Shown here one piece after another: positions 50,591 to 63,187 of a stretch of DNA of 64,000 nucleotides. The stretch lies in NCBI GenBank assembly GCA_030295235.1, contig AP026140.1:124001-188000 (forward strand). Reading direction: 5' to 3'. Position numbers and translations under genes: made by a program. How positions within the stretch are numbered: the stretch's first letter is position 1; the number at the start of each line of letters is the position of its first letter. The notes under the pieces were generated by a model that ran no database searches, was not told the origin of the DNA, and saw nothing but the letters and a program-made list of their open reading frames with translations. The DNA comes from Fistulifera solaris. Lineage: Eukaryota.

Positions 50591-51977
50591 CAGGCCTCTT
50601 TATTCTGGTCAAATGACCAAAATAATAGCATTTTCGCCAAAATAGTGCTGAAAATATGACCAAAATAAGGTATTTTGGTATTTTGGTCATGCAATTTATT
50701 ATGATTTCTGCTTAGCAAGTATGTTGTTTTCTGAGTAGTTGAATTCTATTTACTATGCTTTTTACTGCACCGCGAATGTCTCTGTACGATTGAGTGTTTT
50801 GACGCAGTTTTTGCACGCCATTCATTCGTTTTTTTATTGACCTTTGCCGCCCTTCTTCAATATTCAAAAATAGGAGGGTGATTCACTTGAACACAGCGCA
50901 AGTGTTGCTTAAAAGGAACTCCGACGGATTGATTTGGAGCAGGGGATTTGAGTGTGGAGGATGTTTGCACGCTTGGGCCTGATTGCTCGGCATTTCCCCG
51001 CCTACTGCCATTATGTTTCAATGTTTGCATTGACATATTGTCTTCCGCCAGGAGGATGGATGTTGGATGTTCCGTAAAAATAAGGAGACAAGGAACGGAC
51101 GGCTTCTAATGGCTTCATAATACCGTGGTTGGATGCATATGCCCTCGAAGTTACAACAATGGATGGCGACAAAATCGTCTGGGCGGCATGCAAATTCTGT
51201 CTCGAATGTGGACGCGATACGCCGTCTCCCAAGCCCAAGAACGGATGTCAACAATCTTTTCGCCATCGACGCTTCTTAACATTGGCACAGTAACTAGTTG
51301 AAAATTCACGTTGAAAGCCAGAAATATACGAGGAGTAAAAGAAAATGACGAAGAAAGAAAAGCGTGCGTTATTTAATGAAAAGATCAAAGCGAAGAAATC
51401 TTTTATTGTGAACCGCCGAGCTAGCAACGTCTGCTTCGAAAGTACACTCCCCTTCAGCTCTTGGAGATTGAAAAGCAGTTTTACGCCTTGCTGACTCGCC
51501 GCCGAGAGTCTGCCGCTTTTCCTATTCAATGCAGAATGATGCACACGGAGACTTCGCCAGTGACAAGTTCGAGATGTGCTGGCAGAGTGTGGGCCCGGGG
51601 TTTGTATTTCTGAAGGATTTTTATGGTAGCATTGCAGCGATGATGGCGGGAATTGCATCTGTCGAGTCTGACTTTCCAGAGCAAGCGGATCAGAGGCAGT
51701 AATTCCAGTTCGATGACAGACTTTACGTTGGAGCCTATGTTGCATTGCAATCCGTATGATGATTTCTTTGAGATGTTTCTGAATTTGGGAGGTTTGCAAT
51801 GTTCTTTTTAGTGATGTGAATGGGAAACACCCGTAATATTACGTGATGAGATTTACATGGTACATTTTCTACGTAGTTCTACGTGAAAAGCTAAAATAAA
51901 CCAAAATAACTTTGAAAATATGACCAAAATAACCTATTTTGGTATTTTGGTCACGAAAGCCAAAATAAAGAGGCCTG
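50591..51977. mobile_element. Non-autonomous hAT DNA transposon (1387 bp)
   Basis: 18-bp TIRs CAGGCCTCTTTATT(C/T)TGG with 1 mismatch. Perfect 8-bp TSD TACAGGAT at 50583-50590 and 51978-51985. Subterminal CCAAAATA repeats. Confidence 0.92.
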
Positions 51978-52451
51978 TACAGGATTTACGCTTTCATAGA
52001 TGTGGGACTGACATTATTCACCGTAAATCTTGGGAACACGTCAACGTACTGCGGACACGACAATGACGCGTGACCGATGACGCAATAATTTCATTGAAAA
52101 ATTCTGGAAGTTTGCATCGGTACGAAAAGCTCTGCAGTCCATTTCGGAAGACGGTTCTTTTGCTTCCTTGTCGACCAAAGGATGAGTTGGTTGCCTTTCA
52201 TTGCATTTCTTTCGATCCAACTTCTCACGTAATAACGAGAAGATCTCTTGATCTAGTTATCAAGAGCTCCTCCGCATAAAGCTTCATTTGATCCGGGTAT
52301 TTGGAAGTGAAGGGCAAGAGAAGACTATTTCTAATAGAGCCTTTATTGATTATCACGAAAGTCGAATTTGAACTGCGCTCTTTGGTTCCATTTCAACATT
52401 TCAACAGTTAGATTGAGAGCGGTCTGTTTTACCCTTCAATACACTGTTGTC

Positions 52452-53189
52452 ATGTCCGATAAAGACGCACTGAGCGATCAAACGTGTCCTACTACTGCAG
52501 AATCGATAGCGTCAAGAGAACTCACGCTTCCTATGCGACGCTCTTCCTTTGTACAAACGCGCAGTATTTTAATTATTCCCACTCATGAAGAGAGCTTGGA
52601 TGAAGAAATAACGAACGTTCTGCGGAGAGAAGCGCGCGAACGAAGAGACGAGAAATTTGAAAATGCAATGATTGCAAATCAAGGAGTTACGTTTGATAGT
52701 ATTACGATTCGAGATTATCCCATGACAGTAGGCGACAATCCGAGCGTATCATCCGGTCCTCCTCTTACCATCGAATGGGATCACATGAGCGAAGTGACGT
52801 TGTCGCTTGATTGTTATGAAGAATCGAAACCGGCTCCGAGAAATGGTCGAGAAATGATTGTGCCCCGGTTGGCGCGAGAGCAAATATTCCGCGACGCCGG
52901 ATTTTCGTACAATCAGCTGATCCGGCTGACGAAACCTGTAAATGTGGCTCGATTACAACGGCGAAAGACCCATTCTACACTAGGACTCAGTCCCTGGCTC
53001 GAAGTTTACGAAAGGGCGACACGCAAAGCGAAAAATGTTATCAGTCTGGGCAAAAGAAACGAGAAGAAAAGGAATTTCTCAAACCATGGTTACAGCGGCC
53101 ATTTTCCGTGGACCGTTCGGCGGATGGTTCCACCAGCAAGCGCACTAGTTCCATGAGTGATGTATTAGAGTTTGAACAAATGCCAGAAA
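52452..53189 (+). CDS. Hypothetical protein of a diatom-type family (GDNPSV..GPP motif)
   Basis: VTFDSITIRDYPMTVGDNPSVSSGPPLTIEWD..YE motif. Frameshift near 53070, so the end is approximate. Confidence 0.65.
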
Positions 53190-54141
53190 GCTTATTGATT
53201 CAGAGTTAACAACACTGCAACGCGCCTATGGCTGCTCTGATGAAGGCATGCAACATTTGTAGATTAAAAGAGGGTTGCGCTAGCCCTTTGCATTGTAACA
53301 TAAACACAAGTATGATCCTGTTGAACTCGTTATCGATTTTGAAAATCAAACGTAGATGAAACATGAAACGTATGATGTAACGTTTCAATTCTCTACACGA
53401 TTCCACGTAGTCGCCGTAGGAAATTTATCGATGTAGAGGTCCCCGGATAATGAGCTTACCTGGTGACATATCCATTGATTAGGTCCCTAAAACGCTCGAA
53501 TGCTATCATTATAGAATTGCCTTGCAGCCCGTAGTGTTTTGGTATCATAAAACGTTTTTCTATTCATGCAAAGTGAGATCTGTTTGAATTCAACTAAAAT
53601 TGTTAGTAGCAGGGCCTGATTATGCAACCTGATGGAGTGTGACTTCAAACTTGCTTCCTTTCCTCCGTTCTGCACAGTTAATCAGCATAGCGTACCTTCT
53701 TTTAAATTTGTTTTGTTCTAGCAGCATTATCATTTCTCATTTGACTCGTAATGGCGAAAAAGCCTTCCAGATCGAACTCTCCCAGGATACTATACTGCCA
53801 GAGTGTATATTACTTTTTTTTAAGACGTCCCTGTACCGGAAAGCCAGTGAGTCGTATGGTCAAGACTACACTTTAGAAGATACTTCCGTTTGAATTTACT
53901 GTACTTGAATCTTACGGTGGCAGGCAAGACGGCCAGTGTCGAGCAAAGTTGAAACAGAAAGCTGCGGACGGTTTTTCTTTCCACACGGACAGCCAAGTGT
54001 CATCCATTGCGAAGCAGAGAAGAAGGCAACCTATCTCTTGTTGTTGTTGCGCTTCATCCTCTAGAACCACATATCATCCCTCCTCAGTTTCGCTGAAAGC
54101 GCTTTCGGCAAATGATTTAAGGGAATACGATTCTTGAAACG

Positions 54142-55385
54142 ATGAACTCTTTGCTTTTCTTTTTTACCCTGATTGCAACTTGTTCTTTATCGGCTGTGAG
54201 TGCTTGGAGTGCGTCGCCAACGCGGTATCCGAAGCATTTGTTCACACAACTACACGAAAGTGTCGCCATTGATGGGGTTGTTTCGATTGCGGGAGAAACA
54301 GAACCGGAGAATCACGATGTCGATCCTTTGAAGATTCATAACAATTTAGAGCAGGATATTGTCACACCGTTCGATATCGCACGGCGGAAAGTCTCGGATG
54401 TCCTGGAACAGTCGCTTCGTCCCGAAAACTTCTCGAAAGAAAAATTATTCAATGCGCTTCTATTAACGGCAAGTTTCGGCTTTGCGGGTTACACCATACT
54501 CAATATTGACAGCGGCATGACGCGAGGATGGACACAAAATGAAATTGCAATGCGCATCCCCCCTCGACAACTGGAACAATTATGAAACAAGTTTAGCCGA
54601 AAAACCAATCTATACGAAAACAATGATCAATGTGATCATATATCTACTGGGTGACTGGCTCAGTCAAACGATATTTCAGAAGAAAAATTTACTCGACTTT
54701 GATGCCGGCCGAACCTTACGGAACGGCTTCATTGGGTTGTGCTTTGGGCCTCTGGTGCACGAATACTATCAATTTAGTGACACTATTCTACCATTGGATA
54801 GTCCGAATCCTCTTTTGACGCGAGTGGAAAAGATCGTTATGGATCAAACAATCTACTTGTCGGTAAAAGCGTCTATCTACGTGGCAGCTGTGGCGCTGTT
54901 AGGTACGTTGAATCATTTGCGGTCTTTCTAGTAAGCAAAAACAACACTCATTCTTATTGTGGGTGCTTGCTACATTAGCCGGTGAGTCGGTGGAAACGGC
55001 CAAGACAAATGTCAAGGAACGGATAGTGGGGATTGTCACGACGGCGTGGAAATTCTGGCCTCTCGTTCATTGCCTTACCTACACAGTAGTCCCAGCACAA
55101 CACCGTATTCTGTGGGTAAATTGCGTAGATCTGTTCTGGAACGCTATATTAGCGTCTATGACGGGCGCCAAGTCAAACAATAATACGAATGGAGATGCCG
55201 TTCAGGCCGAGGAAGCGATGCAAGCTAATGATTTGAGCTCCGCAATGCTTTTGAAGCAAGAGCTCGTTTCAGTCAACAAAGAAGATTCGCTCTTCTTCGT
55301 GAATTCGACAGGTACCACATTACCCACTTCTACGCTTTTGAACACCAACAGTACCGTTGAAGTAACTAACGGTGAAAAAGGATAA
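54142..55385 (+). CDS. Mpv17/PMP22 family membrane protein with signal peptide
   Basis: PIYTKT..LGDWLSQ, FDAGRTLR, KIVMDQT, AWKFWPLVH. Frameshift in the poly-C at about 54560. Intron about 54903-54978. Confidence 0.88.
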
Positions 55386-55664
55386 GGTCGTCTTGTAGTA
55401 CGATCGAGCTACATGCACAAAGCATCACTGCAATGAACATCTTAGTATTGTAACTGTATTAATAATCTTTTCTTATCCGATGCCTTTGAGCGTTTCACGA
55501 ACATGAGTGATCCAGATAACGTGTAGAAAATGTTTCTATTTTATTCTATTGTTTATGTATCACCTGTCGCTGGTCGACACTGAAAATATTATTTATTCAA
55601 AACCGAAGCATCGAGAGAGCGGCGAATCATCAATTGAATCATTCTCATCTCGTTTGACGACGAC

Positions 55665-56543
55665 TCACGCGGAGACAGTTTGTTCCAGCACCAGGACGTC
55701 TTTGGCGGCGTGTTCTGTCGTCATGGGAAGCAATGTTGTACCGAATCGACTTTTCCATGTCAGCGCAAAGTCCTGTAATTGCTCGGAACTAACGAAAGTA
55801 CCTTGATCTCCCAGAGCACCCCGTACCCAGTCTACCATGTGCTCGAGTTCGCTGTGAGGAATTCCTAGCACCTTAGACAGTTGTGTGCGCAATTCTTCCG
55901 AGATGGGTGCGCCTCGATTGGCTTCCACGGCTACGAGGACGGAGGCTACCAAGAGACGATGAACCGTGCGGGGCGTGCAGTACGGACAGGGACTATGCCC
56001 ATCACTACGCGGTGTCTCTACCGAGCAAGCCCGATCCATGAAAATCATAGCCAGAGTTAAATCTGTGATAGACATTGTATTTTCAAAGTCACTGCCGAAG
56101 AAAGATACCAGAGTGTGCAAATATTGTGAAAGTTCGGGTCCCCATCGACGGGCACCTTGGGCGTTTCCTTCGTACAGACGCTTCGCGTGAAACACGGTTA
56201 TTGTATCAGAAGCCACAGTACTGGGTCTTGGCGTCGATGCTATGCGATACACCGATGCTTGGCCTCCGCGAAACGGATCCTTCGATTGGGGAAGTTCTTC
56301 CGTTTCGTCACGTATCCTTTGGACACCAAATGGTTGTTGAGAAGCCAAAAATAACCGCCGATTCATTTCTCCCGTCCATCGCAGAGCCAGTGCTACTTCT
56401 TCTACTTTGATTGGTAGCGAAGAAGTTGTTCGTTGCAGATGCGGGCGGGGAATCTCTCGGATGCTAGCTACTTCGGCTGTGCAAGAGCTCCACGAAGACG
56501 ACAATAGCAGTAACGCGAAGGGTGGTCCCGATAGGATTCTCAT
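55665..56543 (-). CDS. Signal-peptide protein with a degenerate PHO80/P-type cyclin-like box
   Basis: LAMIFMDR..TPRTVHRLLVASVLVA resembles the PHO80-type cyclin box. Hydrophobic N-terminus. Confidence 0.55.
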   Translation of the reverse strand: MRILSGPPFALLLLSSSWSSCTAEVASIREIPRPHLQRTTSSLPIKVEEVALALRWTGEMNRRLFLASQQPFGVQRIRDETEELPQSKDPFRGGQASVYRIASTPRPSTVASDTITVFHAKRLYEGNAQGARRWGPELSQYLHTLVSFFGSDFENTMSITDLTLAMIFMDRACSVETPRSDGHSPCPYCTPRTVHRLLVASVLVAVEANRGAPISEELRTQLSKVLGIPHSELEHMVDWVRGALGDQGTFVSSEQLQDFALTWKSRFGTTLLPMTTEHAAKDVLVLEQTVSA

Positions 56544-57046
56544 GGTGATCGATCTGTCTGTTTAAGTTGACAATCGGTTTGCTGTGATGCAATTATGGTG
56601 CTTTTGGAAGGGAATAAAAAAGGCGTTTGGTTCCGATTTCATGGCCAAAATGCCCGATGCACGAAATTTTCAAACGCGGAGTCGCGCCATCCGAAACGGC
56701 ACAAATCTTCCCCCGCGATTTGTCCGTTGAGCATCTGTTCCGGTACTCAATCAGTACTTGGTCGGAGTCTTGGCAACAATTTTGTTCGTGAAACGACTTA
56801 CTGTATGCGAGAATGTAGGGGGAGGGTGCGAATGTACAGTACCTGGTACTGTACCTGTAGTTGCATCATCCTTCAAAATAGTTATCCCCGACTGGATTCA
56901 GTCACGAAATATGACGCTCTATATGCGACGTGTACAATAGTGTCAACGTAAAAAGTAAAAACCATTGCTTTCATAGTTTATAGGTCTAAATTGATTACTT
57001 GCCTGCAACCTACAAAATACCAATATCAAGAATACTCGACGGTATT

Positions 57047-58598
57047 ATGGCGCCTTGTGATCCTTCTTTCCGAGGGCCTCATTTTGTTACTTGCTGCTGG
57101 CTAATAGCCACTTTATTGCTGTTGCCGTCATCATCGAATGCATTATTTCTATCGACCAACCGGCGCTGTAATAGAGACGGCAGAATATCAATAGGATGTA
57201 AACCTTTTCCCTCCGTGTGCAATCGAAATGCTCGTTCCACGGAATTCTGGAGACTGAGAGGAGGAGCACATTCGGACGATCATGACGACAACGCATCGTC
57301 GACGTCGACGAGAAAAACGCTCATTTCGTCTCCTCGAGGCATGTCTATAGCGTTAGCAGTGACATATTTGACTGTCATGGGAGCCAAGTGCGCTTTGCCG
57401 TCAGTCCTTTCTTTGTTGACGGCGCCATCGACCGGACTGACGTTTCCCGTCGGCACAATGCCTTCTGAGGCAATCGCGAAACAACTGACGCTATCGACCA
57501 TGGCGATAGCGGTCGGGAAAATTAGTGCTGGGGCCGGTCATTGACTATTATGGTGGGGTCTTTTCGCTCAAAGTTGCCTTACTGGCACTGGCAGCCGCCA
57601 TGGGAATCATTTCTGTCAGTCAGTCGTTTCAAGTGTTCGCCGTGGCATGGATTTGTGTCGATTTCATCTTCAGCTCCTGTTGGGCCGCTTGCATTCATGC
57701 CATTCATCAAACGTTTCCTTCTCATCAGTGGGCAACTCAGATTGGATACCTGGCGGCGGCAGCGAGGACAGGGAATGCGCTGGCGTTCACTTTGTTCGCG
57801 TGGGTCCTACACCTTGCCCAGCCATTGACACGACAAGCGTGGAGACCGGTGTTTGGCGTCGCGGGGCTATTACAATTTGTTCCGGTGTGTCTTTTGACGT
57901 ACTTTGGGAATGTATCACAAACAAAAACCATGCATGCCGTGCAAAGACCAACCTTGGCGGAATCCTTGAAAACTGTTCGACAAGAGGCGACGACAATCGA
58001 TTTTTGGTTGCAATTGATCAACCGATCCGCTCTCATGGTGTTTGCTTCCTTTCTTCTCTTTATCCCCACACTAATGACGCAAGTGTATGGAACCACTCCT
58101 GCGGTAGCTTCGCAAGTTGGGGCTTTATTTGCACTCGGGTGTCTACTGTCTGTTACTAGCGGATCGGCTGTATATCCCGCACTCTCTTGGACGGGGAAAC
58201 TGAAAATGACAACAGCATTGTTGGGAACAGGTATTCTTAGCTCAATCGGTCAATTAGGGCATGTTTCGGGCTGGTGGAAGTTGCACACGACAATCAGCTC
58301 GACGCTACTATTTCTATGGGGCCTGGCGGTCGCCATTCCGTTCTACCTTCCTTCGTCTTTATATGCTCTGGCCAAAGGCCGATCCTCGGCAACCATCGCC
58401 GACATGTTTGATATTGGCAGCTTCTTGTTGCTTGCGTTCTTCAATGGATACGTCGCAAGCTTGCGACACTCGGATCCAGCGGCGTGGGTGGGAACATTCC
58501 AGCTAACAACACTATGTGCCATAACGTCGCTCGTTTCTCTATCGCTCAGCTACTGGAGAGAAGGACAGAATCAAAACGATTCAAGACGAAAAGTATAA
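57047..58598 (+). CDS. MFS transporter with a bipartite presequence (LRGG motif)
   Basis: Many TM segments. MFS motif A-like GPVIDYYGG. Signal peptide followed by WRLRGG. Frameshift near 57520. Confidence 0.82.
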
Positions 58599-58874
58599 TA
58601 TTTGCATAGAAAGTAGACATTTTGAAATGTAAATACTATCTTGTTACAAATAATAATCACCATTACGTCATTTGACGTTTGTCAAACCTAACTCGTTCCA
58701 CAGTCGTTAGGTGACGAAACTATGATAAATCAGTAAAAGCTCTCAAGCACACATGCTGACAGACTATGCCATCCTTCTTTCATCCCCTCCATGTTATCTT
58801 TTTTATCAAAACTCGCGTCAGCCGTCCCTAGGCATGACGAGTCCGACGTATGACGCTTCTATTCTATCTGTCAC

Positions 58875-60173
58875 TCATTCCTTTTTCTGCTCCTTCTTAT
58901 CGTCCTTCTGAAGACTCAATTCGCCCATCTTTTGAATCGTCTCCGACAACGTCGTTTTACCGCCATCTTCTTTCTTTTCTGTCCGAGGACTTTCCTTCAA
59001 CGGTACCAATGGCGGGAATTCATCCGCCTTCTTTTTGCGATGCTTGCCACCCTTCCTGCCCCGGTACTGAGTTCGTCGAAAACGGGGATCGGGTGTGGAC
59101 TCGTGAACCGGCGGTGCTACCGGAGTTTCCTCGGGTGACTTCAACACAACGTCTTGGAGTTCCTTGCTTCCGTTCCCAACGGGTGGAGCTCCCGACGGAG
59201 TCACGGGCGTAGGCGCATAAGTCCACGCATACACGGGCGTTGCGGTCGAGGTAGGGTACGGCACGGCCACCATTCCCTTTTGCGCCGTCTCCAAAACGCT
59301 TGGCGGATAAGCCGTCGCATAGTACACTTGTTCCCCCTGTGGATACGCCACGGGCTGATACATCATCGTGGCCTGCGAAGCTCCCATCCATTCACAAACC
59401 AGAAGGCCGCCGTTCTTAAAACTCCGTTTTGGGAGCATTTCCATGGCCGCACGGGCCTCGCTTTCCGTAGCAAAGCTCAATTTCCAAGTCAGTGGCATGA
59501 CCTTTTCCAGCGTGACGGGTACGATCGGGGTGAATCCTTCCGGAATGGTGCGATTCTCAAACGCCAACCATTTTTTCAGCAGCTTGTCACCAATGTTATC
59601 GGGGACACCTTGAACCGTGATCCATACCTTGTGATCTTCCTCTTCGTCCGCCGAAGGATTGAGTGTGCTAGCAAAAGACGTCGGAGAGACGGTCGCCAAC
59701 GTCCGGGTCGACGCATCTTCTCCGGCCGTTGTTTTGACGACCAGTTCCTGCGGCGGCGGATACCCCACGAATCGTTGCGGAGTGTGCGGCGGCGGAACGA
59801 CTCCATACTGGACACGGTACTGCGGATGCACCAAACACATGCCTTCCACAAATACGGTGTGACTGTTCATGGCGACGGCCTGTCGCAACAGATTCAGATC
59901 CGCCGGAGGCAAGGTATGAGGATCCGTATGATACATGACCGCCGGTCCCAAAAAGGCCCGCGCAACAATCTTCTTGATCATGGGAAATGACGCAATGATT
60001 TCGATGGGAACGGCTCCGTTGTTTTGATACAGCAAAGTGCGTAAGTAGTCATCGCGACCCAAATTTTCCGGAGAAAAGTAAAAGTCAATCTGTTGCTGAA
60101 GTTGTTGCAACAAGAAATCGTCGGGAAAGCTCATCGTCGCGGGTGAAGAAGAAGGACCGTGGTGCATTTGCAT
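58875..60173 (-). CDS. La-motif RNA-binding protein (LARP-like) with a putative RRM
   Basis: LQQQIDFYFSPENLGRDDYLR..VPIEIIASFPMIK La motif, with a downstream RRM-like segment. Confidence 0.85.
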   Translation of the reverse strand: MQMHHGPSSSPATMSFPDDFLLQQLQQQIDFYFSPENLGRDDYLRTLLYQNNGAVPIEIIASFPMIKKIVARAFLGPAVMYHTDPHTLPPADLNLLRQAVAMNSHTVFVEGMCLVHPQYRVQYGVVPPPHTPQRFVGYPPPQELVVKTTAGEDASTRTLATVSPTSFASTLNPSADEEEDHKVWITVQGVPDNIGDKLLKKWLAFENRTIPEGFTPIVPVTLEKVMPLTWKLSFATESEARAAMEMLPKRSFKNGGLLVCEWMGASQATMMYQPVAYPQGEQVYYATAYPPSVLETAQKGMVAVPYPTSTATPVYAWTYAPTPVTPSGAPPVGNGSKELQDVVLKSPEETPVAPPVHESTPDPRFRRTQYRGRKGGKHRKKKADEFPPLVPLKESPRTEKKEDGGKTTLSETIQKMGELSLQKDDKKEQKKE

Positions 60174-61039
60174 CTTTTTGTGAATTATTTTGTAGTGTTT
60201 AAGTGTTTATGAATATGACTCTGTAAAAAAGGAAGAGATTTGTTGAGACGTGAACTTTTAGTTGAAACGGTAAAGAATGCGAATCACAATGACGCTGACA
60301 AAAAGCGACCAACAACAATCTCTCACAAAGTGAGCACTTACTGTTTGCAAGGATTTGGAAGGTAGTTGAAAAGGCTATGAGTTGTAGCTGCAATGAGATT
60401 CGTTGCAGATGCTATTCAAATGTGCAACAGGCGATCAATCGTGACAATGCGAACACGAGCAATTGCAGGAAAGCGTTCCGACGGTGTTTTATGAGAAGAG
60501 AGATCCGTAAGCAGACCGAAACTATGAAATGTATGAAGGCGTATCAAAGAAAGGGAAGATACGACTGCTTGCAAAGGAAAAGGGAATGACACACAAGTGA
60601 TAGATCTCAACCAATGAGGGAAAAAGATGACAATGGGATTGACGTCGTGAACCGTGCGCTTTCTGTGTTGCGTTTTCCTGTACCTATCGAAACTCGTCCG
60701 CCAGAGTGTACTGTCGCGTAAAGAGTAGCTACAGTGGGAACGACAACGAACCGAAAACGAATGGAATGGCTTGCGCGCAGATACTTAAGCCAACGGATAT
60801 CTGCGTGACTCCAACAGCTAGTTTTCAGGGGCGCCAGGAGCGCCTGCCAGCAGTTCAACTTCAACTGGGAATGAATGAATCAGAGATTGTGATTGGAGAA
60901 TGAACAGAATGACACAACTATGGTTAGAAAAGCTTGAACCTTCAGCTTTGGTTAAAGACAGGATCACCGTCACTTCGCTATAACTGACAAGTTATCTGGT
61001 ATGTGTGTTAGTAATTTGTATTTGTTTGATTTGCACGCT

Positions 61040-62521
61040 CTATCTCTTTCGTTTAACTTTGCGTTGGGGTACCGTCACTTTCGTTTTCGTACCTCGCGGT
61101 ATAGTAGGAATGACTTTTGTTTCCATCGGAAGTTCTCCGCGATTGGCTTTTTCCATGACTTGCGGTGAAATTTGGGGCATGTATTCCCGGTCGGGTGTCG
61201 ACGATTGCAATTTCGTTTGGTGTTCCAGTTCTTGTTGCTGCCGAAGGAACTGCCCTTGCAATTGCCAGATAGGGGCCGATATACCATGAATGTAAGGACC
61301 GGCTGGCATTGGCATATTCATAGTCGGGGTACGTGGAATTTCATGGCCAAAGCGAAGATCCAAAGGTACCACCTTTCGCTGACTGCTCTCCGTTTTCGGT
61401 ACTCGAATGGATGTGGGTCGATAATTACCAGCAAACGAAACTTCAAAATCGCGAGCCAAAACGCCGTGCTTGCCCAAGACAGGACCATCACCCCGCAGTT
61501 TTCGAGCTTCTTGCTCCAGCTGCTTCAATTGAATGAATTTTTGAGCATAGACGGCTTCGGGTGGTGGTGCCAATAGACTGGGTAGACCCACCAATTGTCG
61601 GAAGGATTCGGTCCGCAATGCCGCACTTTGGACCGCCGTATAAATAAAACTCGTCACCAAATAAATTTGTATGCCCGCCGGCAATTGCGAAGAAAAACAG
61701 GGCATGAAGACGGCAAACGATTGGAAAATATCTTTCAACAAGGCCGCCGTATCGGATTTGCTCGCCGCCTCCCCCGACAAGGTCCGTTTCCCGACCGCGA
61801 CTTCAACATTGGCGTACAGACACAAACCCGCCAAAACGGGCAATCCAAACCACGGATCCGGTTCGGTCAAATCCGGAATCCACGCAATGGGAGCATCGAC
61901 CAATTCCTGTGCGAGCGCCGGATCACGGCCATTGACAATTTTGCGTAAATCCGTCGACACGTACCAAAAGATCGGTACTTGTAGCAGCGGACTGAGAAAG
62001 ATAGCAAAGGGATGGATGTTGTGCAGTTTGTAGATGCCACTGAGAGTGGATAAATTGGTCCGCATCAACGCGTATCGCTCCAACACTGTCCCACCCTGCT
62101 TGTCGCGTAGCTTTTTCAGATCATTTTGAAACAAGGTGAGCAAAAACTGCACCTCGGGGACCACTTTGGCGAATCGAGAGGATGTCTTTGCTCCATAAAT
62201 GACGACAGGGATGAGTGCGGTCCGTACGAGAACACTCATTACGGCAAAACAGGCCCAGTAAGGAACGTCACCCGAATGCAACAACTGCAACATGTAACCA
62301 CTGCCGCCCCACACCGACACATTTTGTAACGCTTCGGGAGCCCACGAAGATGTCGACATGTGTCGTGCTGGTCTATGTTGTTGTAAAGGAGAATCCCAGA
62401 AAGGGGAAGAAGTTAAAACGCTGGCGTGTTGTGGGACGATCGTCCATTGCGCCGATCCGATTCGTCGTGCTGCAAAGCGAATCGGTTGTTGCGCTTTCGA
62501 CGCAACCAGAAGACCTATCAT
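61040..62521 (-). CDS. Oxa1/Cox18/YidC membrane insertase, probably mitochondrial
   Basis: PYWACF..VRTALIP, LLQVPIF, WIPDLTEPDPWFGLP, LPAGIQIYLVTS..Q. Basic N-terminal presequence. Confidence 0.88.
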   Translation of the reverse strand: MIGLLVASKAQQPIRFAARRIGSAQWTIVPQHASVLTSSPFWDSPLQQHRPARHMSTSSWAPEALQNVSVWGGSGYMLQLLHSGDVPYWACFAVMSVLVRTALIPVVIYGAKTSSRFAKVVPEVQFLLTLFQNDLKKLRDKQGGTVLERYALMRTNLSTLSGIYKLHNIHPFAIFLSPLLQVPIFWYVSTDLRKIVNGRDPALAQELVDAPIAWIPDLTEPDPWFGLPVLAGLCLYANVEVAVGKRTLSGEAASKSDTAALLKDIFQSFAVFMPCFSSQLPAGIQIYLVTSFIYTAVQSAALRTESFRQLVGLPSLLAPPPEAVYAQKFIQLKQLEQEARKLRGDGPVLGKHGVLARDFEVSFAGNYRPTSIRVPKTESSQRKVVPLDLRFGHEIPRTPTMNMPMPAGPYIHGISAPIWQLQGQFLRQQQELEHQTKLQSSTPDREYMPQISPQVMEKANRGELPMETKVIPTIPRGTKTKVTVPQRKVKRKR

Positions 62522-62687
62522 ATGACGGGTTTCTTCTTTGCATGCGTCGGCGAAAGAACTTCTTTAGATGTGAATAGTTACGATAAAATTTGATGATATA
62601 CAGGAAAAGAACGGTTACCATTCGAGGCAAATGATTGTTGGCGGCGCCTGTGAGGCGTAAAAGTTGAATGAACGGCGTGACGCGATA

Positions 62688-62835
62688 CGAATGTCTACGT
62701 AATTTCACGTAACTCTCGTAGGGAAATTTATCGAAAGAGGGAAACCCGAATATTGTGTAATTCGATCACACCACTTTCCGCGTCTTTTGGACACCAATGT
62801 CAACAATGCTTTGCCCAACATCGCTAAAGCAAGCC
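62688..62835 (+). repeat. Dispersed repeat, direct copy of 63844-63993
   Basis: cgaatgtctacgtaatttcacg..gtagggaaatttatcga..ttcgatcacacc..atgtcaacaatgctttg shared. A fragment also lies near 53415. Confidence 0.85.
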
Positions 62836-63187
62836 GAGGAACATAATCGACTTTGCGTTGACAGTGAAACACGAAACAGTAGGAAAATACAACGCTCCCA
62901 CTCTACGTAGCCGCCGTAGTAAATTTTTTTTTATATGTGTAAGCTAGACTTTAGAGATCTCGAGACTCTCAAGTCGGCGGCTAGCGCCGCTCATTGGTGG
63001 CTTGCGCCACCAGCTTCAATCTCAAAACGTCGATGCAGGAGACGAGTAGTCTAACTGAATTCTTATCAGATGTATCAAGTAGACTAGTCTATAGAGAGTA
63101 ATGGCCAGAATTTACTATGCTTACGTCCTATCCCTACAAGAGAACCGAATCCCTAATACAAGTTAGAGAAACACAACTAACCCAGTA

